Shown: positions 30,327 to 40,437, counted from the stretch's first letter. The stretch is 64,000 nucleotides of DNA from an uncultured Verrucomicrobiota bacterium (GCA_903873415.1 CAIQOK010000158.1:52460-116459); one strand, 5' to 3'. The notes: generated from the sequence alone by a model not told the origin. Translations and numbers: made by a program.

Positions 30327-31034
30327 TCAAGCGCGCAATTTGCGGGAGACAAACGCCACGCCGCTCAAACCCATTCCCAGCAGCAGGATGGATGAACCGC
30401 CATCGGGAACCAGCCCGATCATGTTCTGAACCGGCTCCCCGTTATCGTCGGTGAGGACCACGCGGGCCACCTGATACTCGCCATTATTCTGGCCTTCCAG
30501 CTCGGCAAGCGTATGGCCCGTGGAGGATTCCGCAAAGTTGACCCAAGGCGTTGCGGCGGTGACATCCACACTCGGCCCGGAGAAACCTTCCATCAACCAG
30601 ATGGCGTTCTGCAGCCCATACGCGCTGGCGGCACGCCCGGTCGTGGTTCTGGCCCCGAGCAGGGTGTTGACAACTGTGGATCCGGGAAGCCCCGTGTCGG
30701 CATAGTCGTAACCGGTCAGATGCCCCGTGGCAAACTGGTTGTAGAGCCAGGCCGTGCCCAGAGAAACCGGGGTGGGAGCCAGAGTGGCGTTGTAATGTCC
30801 CGGGACGTCGATGGTGCTTCCGGGGCCGGTGGCTTGAATGCAAAAGGTCTCAAAGCCCCCATTGACCAAGGCGACGGGCGCATAATTCCCCCCGGAAAAA
30901 ACCGGTGAAATATTAAACTCCCCGCCATCGCCAGTTGCATACCCGGCCAATCTCGTGACATTCACGGGAATACCCCATGCCTGAGATCCGCCAAGCAATC
31001 CCACCGCGACTAAACTCGCAATTGCTTTCTTCAT
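30327..31034 (-). CDS. Secreted protein with a VPDSG-CTERM (PEP-CTERM variant) exosortase sorting signal
   Basis: AAGGAG sits 8 nt before the ATG at 31034. Signal peptide MKKAIASLVAVGLLGGSQAWG. The C-terminus is VPDGGSSILLLGMGLSGVAFVSRKLRA: motif, TM helix and basic tail. Confidence 0.85.
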   Translation of the reverse strand: MKKAIASLVAVGLLGGSQAWGIPVNVTRLAGYATGDGGEFNISPVFSGGNYAPVALVNGGFETFCIQATGPGSTIDVPGHYNATLAPTPVSLGTAWLYNQFATGHLTGYDYADTGLPGSTVVNTLLGARTTTGRAASAYGLQNAIWLMEGFSGPSVDVTAATPWVNFAESSTGHTLAELEGQNNGEYQVARVVLTDDNGEPVQNMIGLVPDGGSSILLLGMGLSGVAFVSRKLRA

Positions 31035-31594
31035 ATGTTTATTACTCCTTGTTTTATTTGGTTGTTGCATCGGTTCACGATTGCAATACGTAAATCTGAG
31101 CTAGACTCGTGCCATCCCCCCGCGCGAGGCCCGGGGGCCGGCAGCTGAATCCACAGATACCGTTGAACTAGAACTTGTTAAGTCGCATTAAAAAACCCGC
31201 CGCCGCCCCCCTCCGCCGCCGAGGCCAGCGCCCGGGAGAAAGGAAACTGTAAAGCGGCTCGACGGTTTTCCGGGCCGCGCCCGCGGAAAAATCATAACTA
31301 ACTGTATACAAACTACTTGTGAAACACACGCCGCCGTAAGCAAATCCGACAGTGCCGCGGGCTGGCTCGGTTCCCGCCGCAAGGCCGCAGGACGCAGGCA
31401 TGCTGCCAAAACCGGCGGCGGCACGCAAGCGGGTTGCCATCCCACTTTTCCAGCGCCCGGCAAAAAAAACGCCCGCCCATTGGCCCGGCCAAGAAAAAGA
31501 TCGGCCCAGCTTCTTGACCCAAGAGGGTTCTTAAACGAAATCAGGTCGGCGGCTCTCCCCCCCGTCCGATCATGCCGCCCCAATAATCACGGGC

Positions 31595-32467
31595 TCAGCC
31601 AAGCGTTGAATCGCTTCCGCCCGCCGCCAAAGAGGGAAACTCCCCGCTGCAACTCAGCCTCTGGAATAACAAGGCCGGATCCGCATGGCGTCGGCCGACT
31701 TTCTTATTGCGGCGGAGGGAACTGATGATCCCTCTCAACAGATACTCGATCACCGGCCAAGCCAGGCGGGTGACGGGCAGGATATTGGTCGTGATCGGCA
31801 GCTCGTGAGCCCATTTGCGGCGCAGATGAAAATAAGAGCGCCAAAATGCCCGGGGCAGACGCACGATGCCGTTGGAATTGTGAACACAAAAGACATCGCA
31901 TGCAAAGGATCTCAAGCCCTGCCGCCTGGCTTCCAAACAGATGTCCGTGCCGTAATGATGAAAGCCGGGAAGTTGCGCATCGAATTTAAGCCCGGCATTC
32001 CGGCGCAGAATCAGGACCACTTCGTCCAGGGCGACAACTTCCGCCGGGCCGGCGAAAGGTTGCCCAACCACACCCTGCAAACCGGTGGAGTAAAGATGAC
32101 CAACCCGCGCTCCGGCTTGAGTCACCCCGAACACACCCAGCACCCCCCAGTCGGGATGATCCCGCTCCAGCAACCGGATTTGGCCGGCCAGGGTGTTCCA
32201 CCAACCAGGCGGCAAATACACGTCCTGATGAGCAAAGACCACAATGTCGCCGGTTGCCTCGGCCAATCCGGCATTATACGCAGCCCCGGCAGAGGCGTAG
32301 CCGCGTTTGGATAGAAACTCCCGCGCCAAAGAGAGGTCCGGCGAACTGCCCAGCGCGGCCTGCAACACCCGGTCGTCATTGCACGCGACAACCACCGAGA
32401 AACTCAAGGGCTGCGGCCCCTGACACGCAGGAGCTGCCGGCTCCTTTTCCGCCTGCGGATAAGACAT
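31595..32467 (-). CDS. Glycosyltransferase-like protein (GT-A fold, family 2-like)
   Basis: FSVVVACNDDRVL, FAHQDVYLPPGW and a C-terminal region typical of small GT-A proteins in polysaccharide loci. Confidence 0.7.
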   Translation of the reverse strand: MSYPQAEKEPAAPACQGPQPLSFSVVVACNDDRVLQAALGSSPDLSLAREFLSKRGYASAGAAYNAGLAEATGDIVVFAHQDVYLPPGWWNTLAGQIRLLERDHPDWGVLGVFGVTQAGARVGHLYSTGLQGVVGQPFAGPAEVVALDEVVLILRRNAGLKFDAQLPGFHHYGTDICLEARRQGLRSFACDVFCVHNSNGIVRLPRAFWRSYFHLRRKWAHELPITTNILPVTRLAWPVIEYLLRGIISSLRRNKKVGRRHADPALLFQRLSCSGEFPSLAAGGSDSTLG

Positions 32468-32636
32468 GATCTAAGTGATTAAAAAAACGCCGCGCCGATA
32501 AAAACGGGATTGGTGAAGCTGGAGTGCCGCCTCCAAAAAAACTCCCCCTGCAGCGGCGCTCTATCGATACCGATCCCCCTGCACCCGAACGGGGTGCGCA
32601 TAGCCTGGAGACCGAAGTTTTTCACGCCATGCCCGG

Positions 32637-33308
32637 TCAGGCTTCACGCTTCAGACATCGGCCTTTGAGGAAAATCTGCTCATGAAACAAATAGGGCATC
32701 CGCCCCAAAGTAAGCACATTTCCCAGCCATCCCTTTTTACCGATCGGATCGGCGGCGCGAACAAAGTCCACCTCAAACCCAGCCGATTCAAACAACTCCC
32801 GATAGGTCGCGGGGCTGAACCAGCGCAAGTGAGTGGCATCGAACACACCCTTGTCCTCGTAGCGCCACCGCCCTTTGATCAAAGTAAATAGGACCCCGTA
32901 ATAGCAGACGTTGGGCGAACCGGACAGGACAATGGCACCGGGGTTCATCAGGGGCCGCAACCGGGCCAACGCCTTCCACGGATCGATCAGATGCTCGAGA
33001 ACCTCGCTGAGAATCAGCACGTCAAAGCCGCCGTTTGTCGCGGGTAACAGAACCTTTTCCACATCGCCGACGAGCACCTGATCCAGTTTGGCGCGCGCCT
33101 CCGCGGCCGGTCCCTCACAAAGTTCAACGCCGCAACACCAGCCGCATTTGCCGGTGGACCGGGCATAGGCACTGGTGTCGCCATTGCCGCAACCAATCTC
33201 CAGCAACCGCGCCGCCGGGTTGGGCGGCAAAAGATCCACGAAAAGCTTCCGGGCACCTCCAAAGTAATTACCGCCCTTGCCTTCGTAAGTGGGAACAATC
33301 TTTGTCAT
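32637..33308 (-). CDS. Class I SAM-dependent methyltransferase
   Basis: ATG at 33308 (MTKIVPTYEG). LLEIGCGNGDTS (motif I), FDVLILSEVLEHLIDPW. Confidence 0.85.
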   Translation of the reverse strand: MTKIVPTYEGKGGNYFGGARKLFVDLLPPNPAARLLEIGCGNGDTSAYARSTGKCGWCCGVELCEGPAAEARAKLDQVLVGDVEKVLLPATNGGFDVLILSEVLEHLIDPWKALARLRPLMNPGAIVLSGSPNVCYYGVLFTLIKGRWRYEDKGVFDATHLRWFSPATYRELFESAGFEVDFVRAADPIGKKGWLGNVLTLGRMPYLFHEQIFLKGRCLKREA

Positions 33309-33407
33309 GTGCTCTGTGATAATTACCAACCACCGCAGGCGAAGAACCCTCCCCGCGCTTCCGCTTGAACATGGAAGGGGCCGAGCTGGAGTGTCTTCAC
33401 GCTGGAT

Positions 33408-34886
33408 TCAAACGGCCCCGGCGCTGCCGGGGCGGACGTTGCGCGATTCCCGCCATTTGCCCAACGCCTCGGAGCGCAGGCTTTGCGCGGCATTGCGCAG
33501 CTTTCCGAAAACCAGCCCGAAAACCAAACAGCAAACCGCGCATCCCATCACCGCCAACGCGAATTTTCCGGACAAACTCGCCGAATCCAAAAGCTGCCGC
33601 ACCCCAAACGCCACACCGGCGAGCACAGCCACCAACGCGGCCGGATACAAACAGTCCCAAACAGGAATGCCCTGACGCCGCTCCATCCGGATCAGCGAGG
33701 AACCCAAGGCAAGCAGCTCCCCCGCCCCGCCGGCGATCGCCACCCAGTGCAGATCCATTTTCAACACCACCACCGGCACGGCCAGGGCCAACCCGCAGAG
33801 CCGCCATAAATTCGAAGAGAGTGTGTTGACGGTGTCGCCCCGCGCCATCGCCGCGCAGAGCGGCGCGCCTCGCACAATGCGGAAAGCCTGACCAATCATC
33901 ACCCACGAAGCCAGCATCGCGGCACCGGCATATTTCCGACCGAACAAAAGAATGATCGCCGACTCACCCCCCAGAATCATGCCGACGACAAACACCGCTG
34001 AGCAAAGAGCCATCACTTGGGCAAACAAACGGTAACGGGCGCGAAACTCCTGCGCATCGCCCTGCGCCTGAGCCAAAACAGGCAGCGTCACCGTCCCTGC
34101 AATCTTGAAAACAACAAAACACGGCGTCATCGCAATCGTGCACGCGATGGCGTAAGTCCCCAGCTCAGCCAGCGAATATCTTCCAGCCACCAACATGCGG
34201 TCCCCTTGAAAAACACCAAACATAAGGAAACCCGAGACGATCAGCGGCCAACCGAAACGCAGATTGTTTTGGATACTCCTCACATTCCAGCAAAGCCGGT
34301 AGGGCCGCTCCCCCACCCAGTGCGAGGAGATCATTGAAATCCCCGCCTTGACCAGCAGCAGGCTTAGAATGGCCCTGTAATCCCCAAGCCACACCGCCAA
34401 AGGCCAGGCCGCCAGAGTGATCACCACCTGCGGCATCGTGTCCGTGATCATCATCGGGGCAAACCGCATGTGTCGGCTCAGGCGCGAACTCTCCAGACTC
34501 GCAAACCCGGCACACAGCGGGATGCAGGCCATCAGCATCAACGCTCCCCGGTGGGCTTCCATCCCGAACCAACGCGCCAGCGGATACGAAAAGACCAGAA
34601 TGAGCAACGCGTCCAGCAGCCCCGTCAGCAACTGACAGGTGTGGGTGCCGGCCAGAAACCCGGCATCGTCCCCTGTCTTGGATTGAATGACCTGTTGCCC
34701 GAAAGACATCTTCCCCGTCAACTCGAAAAGCGTGACGGCCAGAGCCAGAGTCGCCGCGACACCGAAATCCTCCTTGCTCAGCAGCCGGGCCAGAATCATG
34801 TTCCGCAAAAAAGTGCAGCCGTTGTTAATGACTTCAGCGCCGCCCAAGATGGTCGAGCCGCCCAGCATTTTAAGTCCCAATTTCAT
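33408..34886 (-). CDS. Oligosaccharide/polysaccharide flippase (Wzx, MOP superfamily)
   Basis: 492 aa, about 12-14 hydrophobic helices, with the N-terminus ...VINNGCTFLRNMILARLLSKEDFG typical of Polysacc_synt flippases. Confidence 0.85.
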   Translation of the reverse strand: MKLGLKMLGGSTILGGAEVINNGCTFLRNMILARLLSKEDFGVAATLALAVTLFELTGKMSFGQQVIQSKTGDDAGFLAGTHTCQLLTGLLDALLILVFSYPLARWFGMEAHRGALMLMACIPLCAGFASLESSRLSRHMRFAPMMITDTMPQVVITLAAWPLAVWLGDYRAILSLLLVKAGISMISSHWVGERPYRLCWNVRSIQNNLRFGWPLIVSGFLMFGVFQGDRMLVAGRYSLAELGTYAIACTIAMTPCFVVFKIAGTVTLPVLAQAQGDAQEFRARYRLFAQVMALCSAVFVVGMILGGESAIILLFGRKYAGAAMLASWVMIGQAFRIVRGAPLCAAMARGDTVNTLSSNLWRLCGLALAVPVVVLKMDLHWVAIAGGAGELLALGSSLIRMERRQGIPVWDCLYPAALVAVLAGVAFGVRQLLDSASLSGKFALAVMGCAVCCLVFGLVFGKLRNAAQSLRSEALGKWRESRNVRPGSAGAV

Positions 34887-34904
34887 CCGGATGCCCCGCA
34901 GCCA

Positions 34905-35579
34905 CTAGCCCTTGGCGCATGCCTCTCTGGCTTTCAAAGCCTCCGACGATGCCCCAGCCGCCCCGTCGACGAACCCCGCAGCATGCTTCCGAAGAAATCC
35001 CTCGAGATCCCCCGACATTAACAACGGGATGCACTCCTTGATCTTTCCGTCCGGCCAATCCCACCATTTGATGGCCAGGAGCGCTTGAATGACCGCATCG
35101 TCAAACCTTTTGCGGATGACCTTGGCGGGATTGCCCGCCGCAATGGCGTAAGCCTCGATGTCACGCGTAACGACGCTGCCAGCTCCGATCACCGCTCCGT
35201 CGCCAATCTCCACCCCGGAGAGTATTGTGACATTGGTGCCGATCCAGACATCATTGCCGATGATGACGTCACCTTTTGTCGCAGGCGCAACGACCGGCCC
35301 GGAGCCATCGCCCAGAAACCGATCCAGCGGATAGGTGGTGATCCAGTCGACGCGATGCTCTCCGCCCACGAGAATACGCACCCCCTTGGCAAGGGAGCAG
35401 AACTTCCCGATCTTGAGCCTCGTCTGACCGTCCCACTTCAAAACATCGGGGTTTCCGTAGGTCCACCGGCCAATGTCAAAACCGGCAAACTCCTCCCGGT
35501 CCCTGACAAAGACAGAGGACCTCCCCGCCCGCTTCGCCCGGCCAATCCACCCAGCCCATTTCATCCAGTCCATCCTCAT
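34905..35579 (-). CDS. Hexapeptide-repeat O-acetyltransferase (CatB/Vat-like)
   Basis: [53 protein letters not shown]. Confidence 0.85.
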   Translation of the reverse strand: MRMDWMKWAGWIGRAKRAGRSSVFVRDREEFAGFDIGRWTYGNPDVLKWDGQTRLKIGKFCSLAKGVRILVGGEHRVDWITTYPLDRFLGDGSGPVVAPATKGDVIIGNDVWIGTNVTILSGVEIGDGAVIGAGSVVTRDIEAYAIAAGNPAKVIRKRFDDAVIQALLAIKWWDWPDGKIKECIPLLMSGDLEGFLRKHAAGFVDGAAGASSEALKAREACAKG

Positions 35580-35722
35580 ACCGAAAAAACTAGCAGCCTA
35601 GCAATGTACTCTGAGTTGCGAATTTAAATTGCAAAGACTCTAAACCCTCCCGCTGTGTAAGAAAGAGAATTATACTACGCCTTTTTGGAATACAAAATAT
35701 CCGTCACAATATGACGATTTGA

Positions 35723-37513
35723 TTATGAGGGTTTGACGAGCCTGAAGTTGACCGGGGGTGAAACCCTACTGGAGGGGCTATTCGTGCCTTGAAAAGCCCC
35801 AATATCCCAAGGACCCGAGGCAGGGCGCTGGGTCCCGGACGCATCCTTCGTAAGATCAGGCCGCCATCGGGATGGAACGAAAGAGATATCGGGAATGATT
35901 GCGGTAAGATTCGTTCCCCTGCCCGTTCCGGAGCTGGATAAAACCCGAAAATCCCCGGGGCCAACGAATGAAACCGTGCCGATCAGACTGTTTTTTTCTA
36001 AGCCCGGGAAAACGGATTGGAACCGGCTAAGGGTGGTATTATGGGTTGGCGTATCGGCGAACAACCCGTCCACTGTATAAAGGTTGTAGCCGGAGTGCTC
36101 AGTGACGTTGTTTGGAAGCATTGAGTTATCAGGTGCCACATATAACGGTACCTGCCGTCCGCATCCTACGAGAAGCTCATTATAAAAATACTGGTTTGTA
36201 ATAACGACCTGGAAGTTTCTCGCATCCGAGCCCAAAACCGCAGCCGCACAATTCGTATAGGTATTATTAAAACTCCAGAAAGCGGAAAGCGAATCGTAGG
36301 CGTCGACACCATTATATTGAGCACTTTCAACGGTATTACCGGAAAAAATGGCTGTCCCGTTGGGTGCCGAAACGACAATGAAAGCGGTATTAGTGCCAGA
36401 CCAATAACCATACGATCCCTTGGATGCATCGAAAACATCCCCCGGCTTATAAAGCGCACCGCCATAACAAAAACGGGTCGTACTATTTACTTGGGGCGAT
36501 TTTGATTGATTGGTGCACACCTGATATTTTGCGCCCGCAGTAAGATTAAAAACATTCGTTAGGGTCGAAGAATCATTGGCTACTATGTTGTCGTTCGCAG
36601 CGTTTGGTTCATAAAAAAAACCACCACCGTTGATATTGGAAATGGAATTAAATGCATAAACCAGAGTTGAACCAAATGGAATGTGTAAGATTTGCGATGC
36701 GTCAGAATGCGCCCCTATGTTATTATCGGAATTTGTGCAGTGCCAGAACCGGTTGAATGCAATCACCAGATAACCCGAACAACCCATATTGATGGGATCG
36801 TCCTGAGTATCATGAAAATAATTACCCCATATTACAAGATTGGTATTAACCCGGGTTGCTCCCCCGTAAAGAGAGACGCCTTTTTGTCCCGTGCAGGATA
36901 TTTCGTTGGAGACAATGATGGTGTCGATCATTCCACCGACATTAATTCCGGCTTCGCCATTTCCATACAGAAGATATTGCCTGCTGTTGACACCGTAGGC
37001 GGCATAGGTACCGGAGCCAACAAAGACTCCGTTGTTAATAATACAATTGGAAATAGTGATTCCTTTCTGAGTGTTTAAGGCAAACCCGTATTTGAGAAAA
37101 TTTGTGATAGTCAGTCCCGAGTAAAACTGAGCGTCGCCGCTTGGATTCACCACATTATAAGCCACCTGCCCTCCATCCAGAATAGCATTGCCAAGGCCCC
37201 ACCCCGGTCCGGTTTGATAGACGATAGGATTCCCCGCCGTGCCGCTGCGGGACAGTGAAATCGCATTGGCACTCCCGCCGGTCAAACGGTAGGTGACACC
37301 CCCTTTGAAATTCACCACGTCACCCGCGAGAATTACAATCGATCCCGGCACCCCTGTGGCCGAGGAATCTCCCGGGCAATGCTGCCAAGCTGCGGCAATC
37401 GAAGTCCCTTTGTTGACATCCAATCCGCTGGCATAGTCCACATAATACTGAGCGGCCGCGGCTTCAATCGCAGACCAAATCAAGAAATAGAGTATGGCGA
37501 CAAGAATGTTCAT
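35723..37513 (-). CDS. Right-handed parallel beta-helix repeat protein (pectate-lyase fold), N-terminally anchored or secreted
   Basis: N-terminal hydrophobic segment, then QYYVDYASGLDVNKGTSIAAAWQ (the usual YYV..G.D.N.GTS..PW opening). Many G/N/S/T-rich beta-helix turns. C-terminal D..G..RP...WDIGAFQ motif. Confidence 0.8.
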   Translation of the reverse strand: MNILVAILYFLIWSAIEAAAAQYYVDYASGLDVNKGTSIAAAWQHCPGDSSATGVPGSIVILAGDVVNFKGGVTYRLTGGSANAISLSRSGTAGNPIVYQTGPGWGLGNAILDGGQVAYNVVNPSGDAQFYSGLTITNFLKYGFALNTQKGITISNCIINNGVFVGSGTYAAYGVNSRQYLLYGNGEAGINVGGMIDTIIVSNEISCTGQKGVSLYGGATRVNTNLVIWGNYFHDTQDDPINMGCSGYLVIAFNRFWHCTNSDNNIGAHSDASQILHIPFGSTLVYAFNSISNINGGGFFYEPNAANDNIVANDSSTLTNVFNLTAGAKYQVCTNQSKSPQVNSTTRFCYGGALYKPGDVFDASKGSYGYWSGTNTAFIVVSAPNGTAIFSGNTVESAQYNGVDAYDSLSAFWSFNNTYTNCAAAVLGSDARNFQVVITNQYFYNELLVGCGRQVPLYVAPDNSMLPNNVTEHSGYNLYTVDGLFADTPTHNTTLSRFQSVFPGLEKNSLIGTVSFVGPGDFRVLSSSGTGRGTNLTAIIPDISFVPSRWRPDLTKDASGTQRPASGPWDIGAFQGTNSPSSRVSPPVNFRLVKPS

Positions 37514-37666
37514 GATTCTTCCCAGTTATTTTATTGAAGATTTCAACCGGTCGTCTGTGCATCCTACTGATACGCAGCATCGTTCAAATTGATGTTTTTA
37601 ACCATTGTTGGTTCGGCTGGATAAATCACCTATTTTCACGCCTCTGTCAAACTGAACGCCTTCGAC

Positions 37667-39019
37667 TCACGCTACCAACACCCCTTCAGCCGCCGATTCA
37701 GGCTCGGCTCCTTGATAAACTGCATGACCGGGACTATCACTGGATTCCGGAGCCCGACGCAAAACCCACTGGGTCAGGTTTGCAATGACAGCGAGCTGCA
37801 TGAACCAAACCATGTAGGTCTGATCCCAGTAGGTGACGCCGAACCAGTTGGCCACGTGGGATGCCAGCATGGCCCCCATGGCCCAGACTAAATATCCGGT
37901 TCCGTCAAGCCCCTCTGGAGCCAGCCGCAGCAAAGAAAACGCTTTACCTATTTCGCTGAAAGCCTTGCTTAACAGCGCTATGAATAAAAACATCGAAACC
38001 AGCCCGGCTGACAACCCAAAGGAAATATACGCGTTTGTGATATCCGCAAATCCGGTTGACCTCACCACATAGGGAAACCAGTCTACTGTCAATTCATCCC
38101 TCATACCGGCCAACCACCATTGATGCAGATGACGAAAACTCACATCAATCAGATAGGACCGGTGCCACCCGTCCCCCCCGGTCAGATCACTCACTTTTGC
38201 AATCAAGTACCACACCGGCGCCTTCATCACCATCGCCGCCAACCCGATCCAAGCGAGAATACCCCATCGCACCAGACGCATTCTGGTCCGCAGAGGCCAA
38301 AGCAGCCAGCCCACCATCGCAATGGCCGCTGCATTGATGGGCCCACCGGAATTCGACAGCCAGACAATACAGGCGCAAAAAGCCATTCCAATCCAGGCCA
38401 CTCTTCTTTCATTCCGGTCAAACCAAAGACCAAAATACACGGGCAGAAAACTCGCTCCCAAGGTGCCCAAAAGCGAGGCGTAGCGGAAACTCCCGCAGCA
38501 ACGGACGGAATCATCATCCCTGGTAACCAGACCCTCCACCGCCCCCAAGGCGGTGAACATGCTGTGCCGGGCGAAATGCTCCCGGAAAAGCAAAACCATA
38601 TAGGGAGTCAGGACGAAGAGAAACGCCTTTAAAAACCACCGGAACTCGGCCACATCCGCCACCAGGCAACGGAAGGCGAAATAGCACAGATAGGCATCCA
38701 CCGCCTGGCCGATGATATAGGCCGCGCTGTCGGTTTCTCGAAGCAGATAGACAATCGTCGTGTAGCCGTAGAGAACAAGCACTCCCCAATCGATCCGGTT
38801 GAGCCGCAGTTCAGCCAGCTCGCCTCTTAACAGGATGCGGAGGAATGCGGCCACCTCGATGAAGCGGTGGGGGAACATGTTGACCCCGCCCAATCTCACC
38901 TGCTGATATTGGGTCAGATACAACACGCTGGCCATGATTCCCAGCAGCGCCCAGCGCCGGGGCGCGGCCAGCACCACGCCAACAAGAACGGTTAAAATGG
39001 CGATGCTCAGTGCGTTCAT
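37667..39019 (-). CDS. O-antigen ligase/polymerase-like membrane protein (Wzy_C family)
   Basis: ATG at 39019 overlaps the upstream stop (ATGA). Polytopic membrane protein. RCCGSFRYASLLGTLG and SNSGGPINAAAIAMV resemble the Wzy_C motifs R..G.f..pN.lg and SRGg. The 549-aa track ORF is an over-extension. Confidence 0.8.
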   Translation of the reverse strand: MNALSIAILTVLVGVVLAAPRRWALLGIMASVLYLTQYQQVRLGGVNMFPHRFIEVAAFLRILLRGELAELRLNRIDWGVLVLYGYTTIVYLLRETDSAAYIIGQAVDAYLCYFAFRCLVADVAEFRWFLKAFLFVLTPYMVLLFREHFARHSMFTALGAVEGLVTRDDDSVRCCGSFRYASLLGTLGASFLPVYFGLWFDRNERRVAWIGMAFCACIVWLSNSGGPINAAAIAMVGWLLWPLRTRMRLVRWGILAWIGLAAMVMKAPVWYLIAKVSDLTGGDGWHRSYLIDVSFRHLHQWWLAGMRDELTVDWFPYVVRSTGFADITNAYISFGLSAGLVSMFLFIALLSKAFSEIGKAFSLLRLAPEGLDGTGYLVWAMGAMLASHVANWFGVTYWDQTYMVWFMQLAVIANLTQWVLRRAPESSDSPGHAVYQGAEPESAAEGVLVA

Positions 39020-40437
39020 GAAGGAATCAAGGGGGAACCGATCAACCCGCGCCCATTCCGCCCCGGCACCGGTGGGGGAAGGCAGCCCAGGAAAGGCCCG
39101 GACTGAAACACCTGCCGGGCCGAGGCTTTCAGGCCCGGCATGGCCTGCACGAGCCGGTCCCGGGCGGATTCGCGGCCGGCAAAAGCCGAGCGCACCACCC
39201 CAAGCACCTCGTCCCTGTCGGCGGACCGCAGGTCGGCAACCCGCGCTCCGGTCTCCCGCGCATTCAACACGCCGGCAAACTTGCTGCTGTAGGCCAAACC
39301 CAAGGTCGGAACGCATTGGGACACGGCTCCGATGCAGGCGTGCATCCGGGACCCGATGAAAAGCTCACACTGGCCGATCAGCGATTTAATTTGCCGATGA
39401 TTGAGAACCTGATCCACAAAAAGCATGTGGTCAGGATATTGAACGAGCCAGGCCGGGGCCAGCCTGCGCAACAATTTCAGCTCGCACTCCTCGCTTTCCG
39501 GATCCCCGAAAACATGGGGGATTAGGATTACGGTGGCGCCCAGTTCCAGAATGAGGAGTTGGAGAATCGACTTGATCAGGGCCGGATAATTATCCCGCAG
39601 CCCGAACATGTTATTTCCCGAATACCCGCCCATATGCAGCAGGCTGCTCACATTCAAGCCGACCACCGGCCCCGTGCGGCGCAGGCGCCCAACCCGCGCC
39701 CCGACACCTTCGGGCACCGGCTCGGGCTCCATGGTAAAGCCCAGGTCCGGCGACCGGCGTATCCTCGGGTCGCCGGCACCCAGGATTTTCCGGGCAGTGG
39801 CGACGCCCTCCTCGTCGCGGGAATAGATCAAGGTGGCCCGCTGGAAAATGAATCGGGCGACAGCCCGGGCGATCCGGGTTTTAAAAGGGCCGTAGGTCTG
39901 GGGCACCAGGACCAGCGGGCGGTTGAGGGCGAGAACCAAAAGTTGGGGAAGAACGACATAAAAAAAACGGCGCAGGCCGTAGATGTCGCTAAAACTGTCG
40001 CCGCCTGCCAAGGAGACGTGCACCCGCGCCGCAAGCATTTCCCGCAGCCAAGGATTGCGTTTGAGCCACCGGTGGCGCAGGGGTTTGGGAAGAAGGCGGG
40101 CAAAGCATGCGACAAGGAGCAAACGGGCGATGTTGTTGGGCAGATAAAGCCTCCAACTGAAACGCAAGTTGACCAGGGGCACATCGATTTCTTCGACTCC
40201 AAAGCGCTCCACCCACTTGACCGGTGCCGGGCCATAGTCGATCAGGCGGAGGCAAGGACGCTGGATCGCTCCGGCAAGACTTTGGATGAGGCCGCTCAGG
40301 AGCACACGGACACCGTAGTTGTCGGTGTTGTAAGTAACCCCTAGTATGCCAATGACGGTGCCGTCGTCCGGATTGGAAAGAGGCACCTCCGGAAGAGAAA
40401 TTGTTTCAATCCCGACGAGGCTGAATTTAGTTGCCAC
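39016..40437 (-). CDS. Polysaccharide pyruvyl transferase family protein
   Basis: IGILGVTYNTDNYGVRVLL at the N-terminus and GSRMHACIGAVSQCVPTLGLAYSSKF near the C-terminus are typical of the PS_pyruv_trans family. GTG start at 40437. Confidence 0.8.
   Translation of the reverse strand: MATKFSLVGIETISLPEVPLSNPDDGTVIGILGVTYNTDNYGVRVLLSGLIQSLAGAIQRPCLRLIDYGPAPVKWVERFGVEEIDVPLVNLRFSWRLYLPNNIARLLLVACFARLLPKPLRHRWLKRNPWLREMLAARVHVSLAGGDSFSDIYGLRRFFYVVLPQLLVLALNRPLVLVPQTYGPFKTRIARAVARFIFQRATLIYSRDEEGVATARKILGAGDPRIRRSPDLGFTMEPEPVPEGVGARVGRLRRTGPVVGLNVSSLLHMGGYSGNNMFGLRDNYPALIKSILQLLILELGATVILIPHVFGDPESEECELKLLRRLAPAWLVQYPDHMLFVDQVLNHRQIKSLIGQCELFIGSRMHACIGAVSQCVPTLGLAYSSKFAGVLNARETGARVADLRSADRDEVLGVVRSAFAGRESARDRLVQAMPGLKASARQVFQSGPFLGCLPPPVPGRNGRGLIGSPLIPS

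Larger units (their letters stand above)
35585..39019. other. Low-GC segment inside the polysaccharide locus (beta-helix gene, Wzy-like gene and AT-rich spacers)
   Basis: Sampled 60-nt lines in 35.9-37.1 kb have 33-48% G+C and ~43% in the Wzy gene. Sampled flanking lines at 35.1 and 39.1 kb have 60-77%. Confidence 0.55.

Noticed and set aside
31168-31583. Minus-strand ORFs (90-131 aa) inside the long leader of the VPDSG-CTERM gene
   Set aside because: They are Arg/Ala/Gly-rich and mutually overlapping in several frames, with no SD and no motifs. Treated as non-coding.
37667-39019. Considered whether the polytopic membrane protein is the missing exosortase
   Set aside because: Its motifs (R..GSFRYASLLG, SNSGGP) fit the Wzy_C/O-antigen-ligase family. 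I do not see the exosortase Cys/Arg/His signature or the ~8-TM EpsH layout.
37667-39316. N-terminal over-extensions of track ORFs: 37667-39316, 48290-49639, 10703-11623, 41898-43142, 55510-56748, 17971-19161 and 62206-62736
   Set aside because: The extensions overlap the upstream gene in another frame and are Arg/Gly-rich. Internal ATGs give family-typical N-termini and tidy gene junctions, so I used those.
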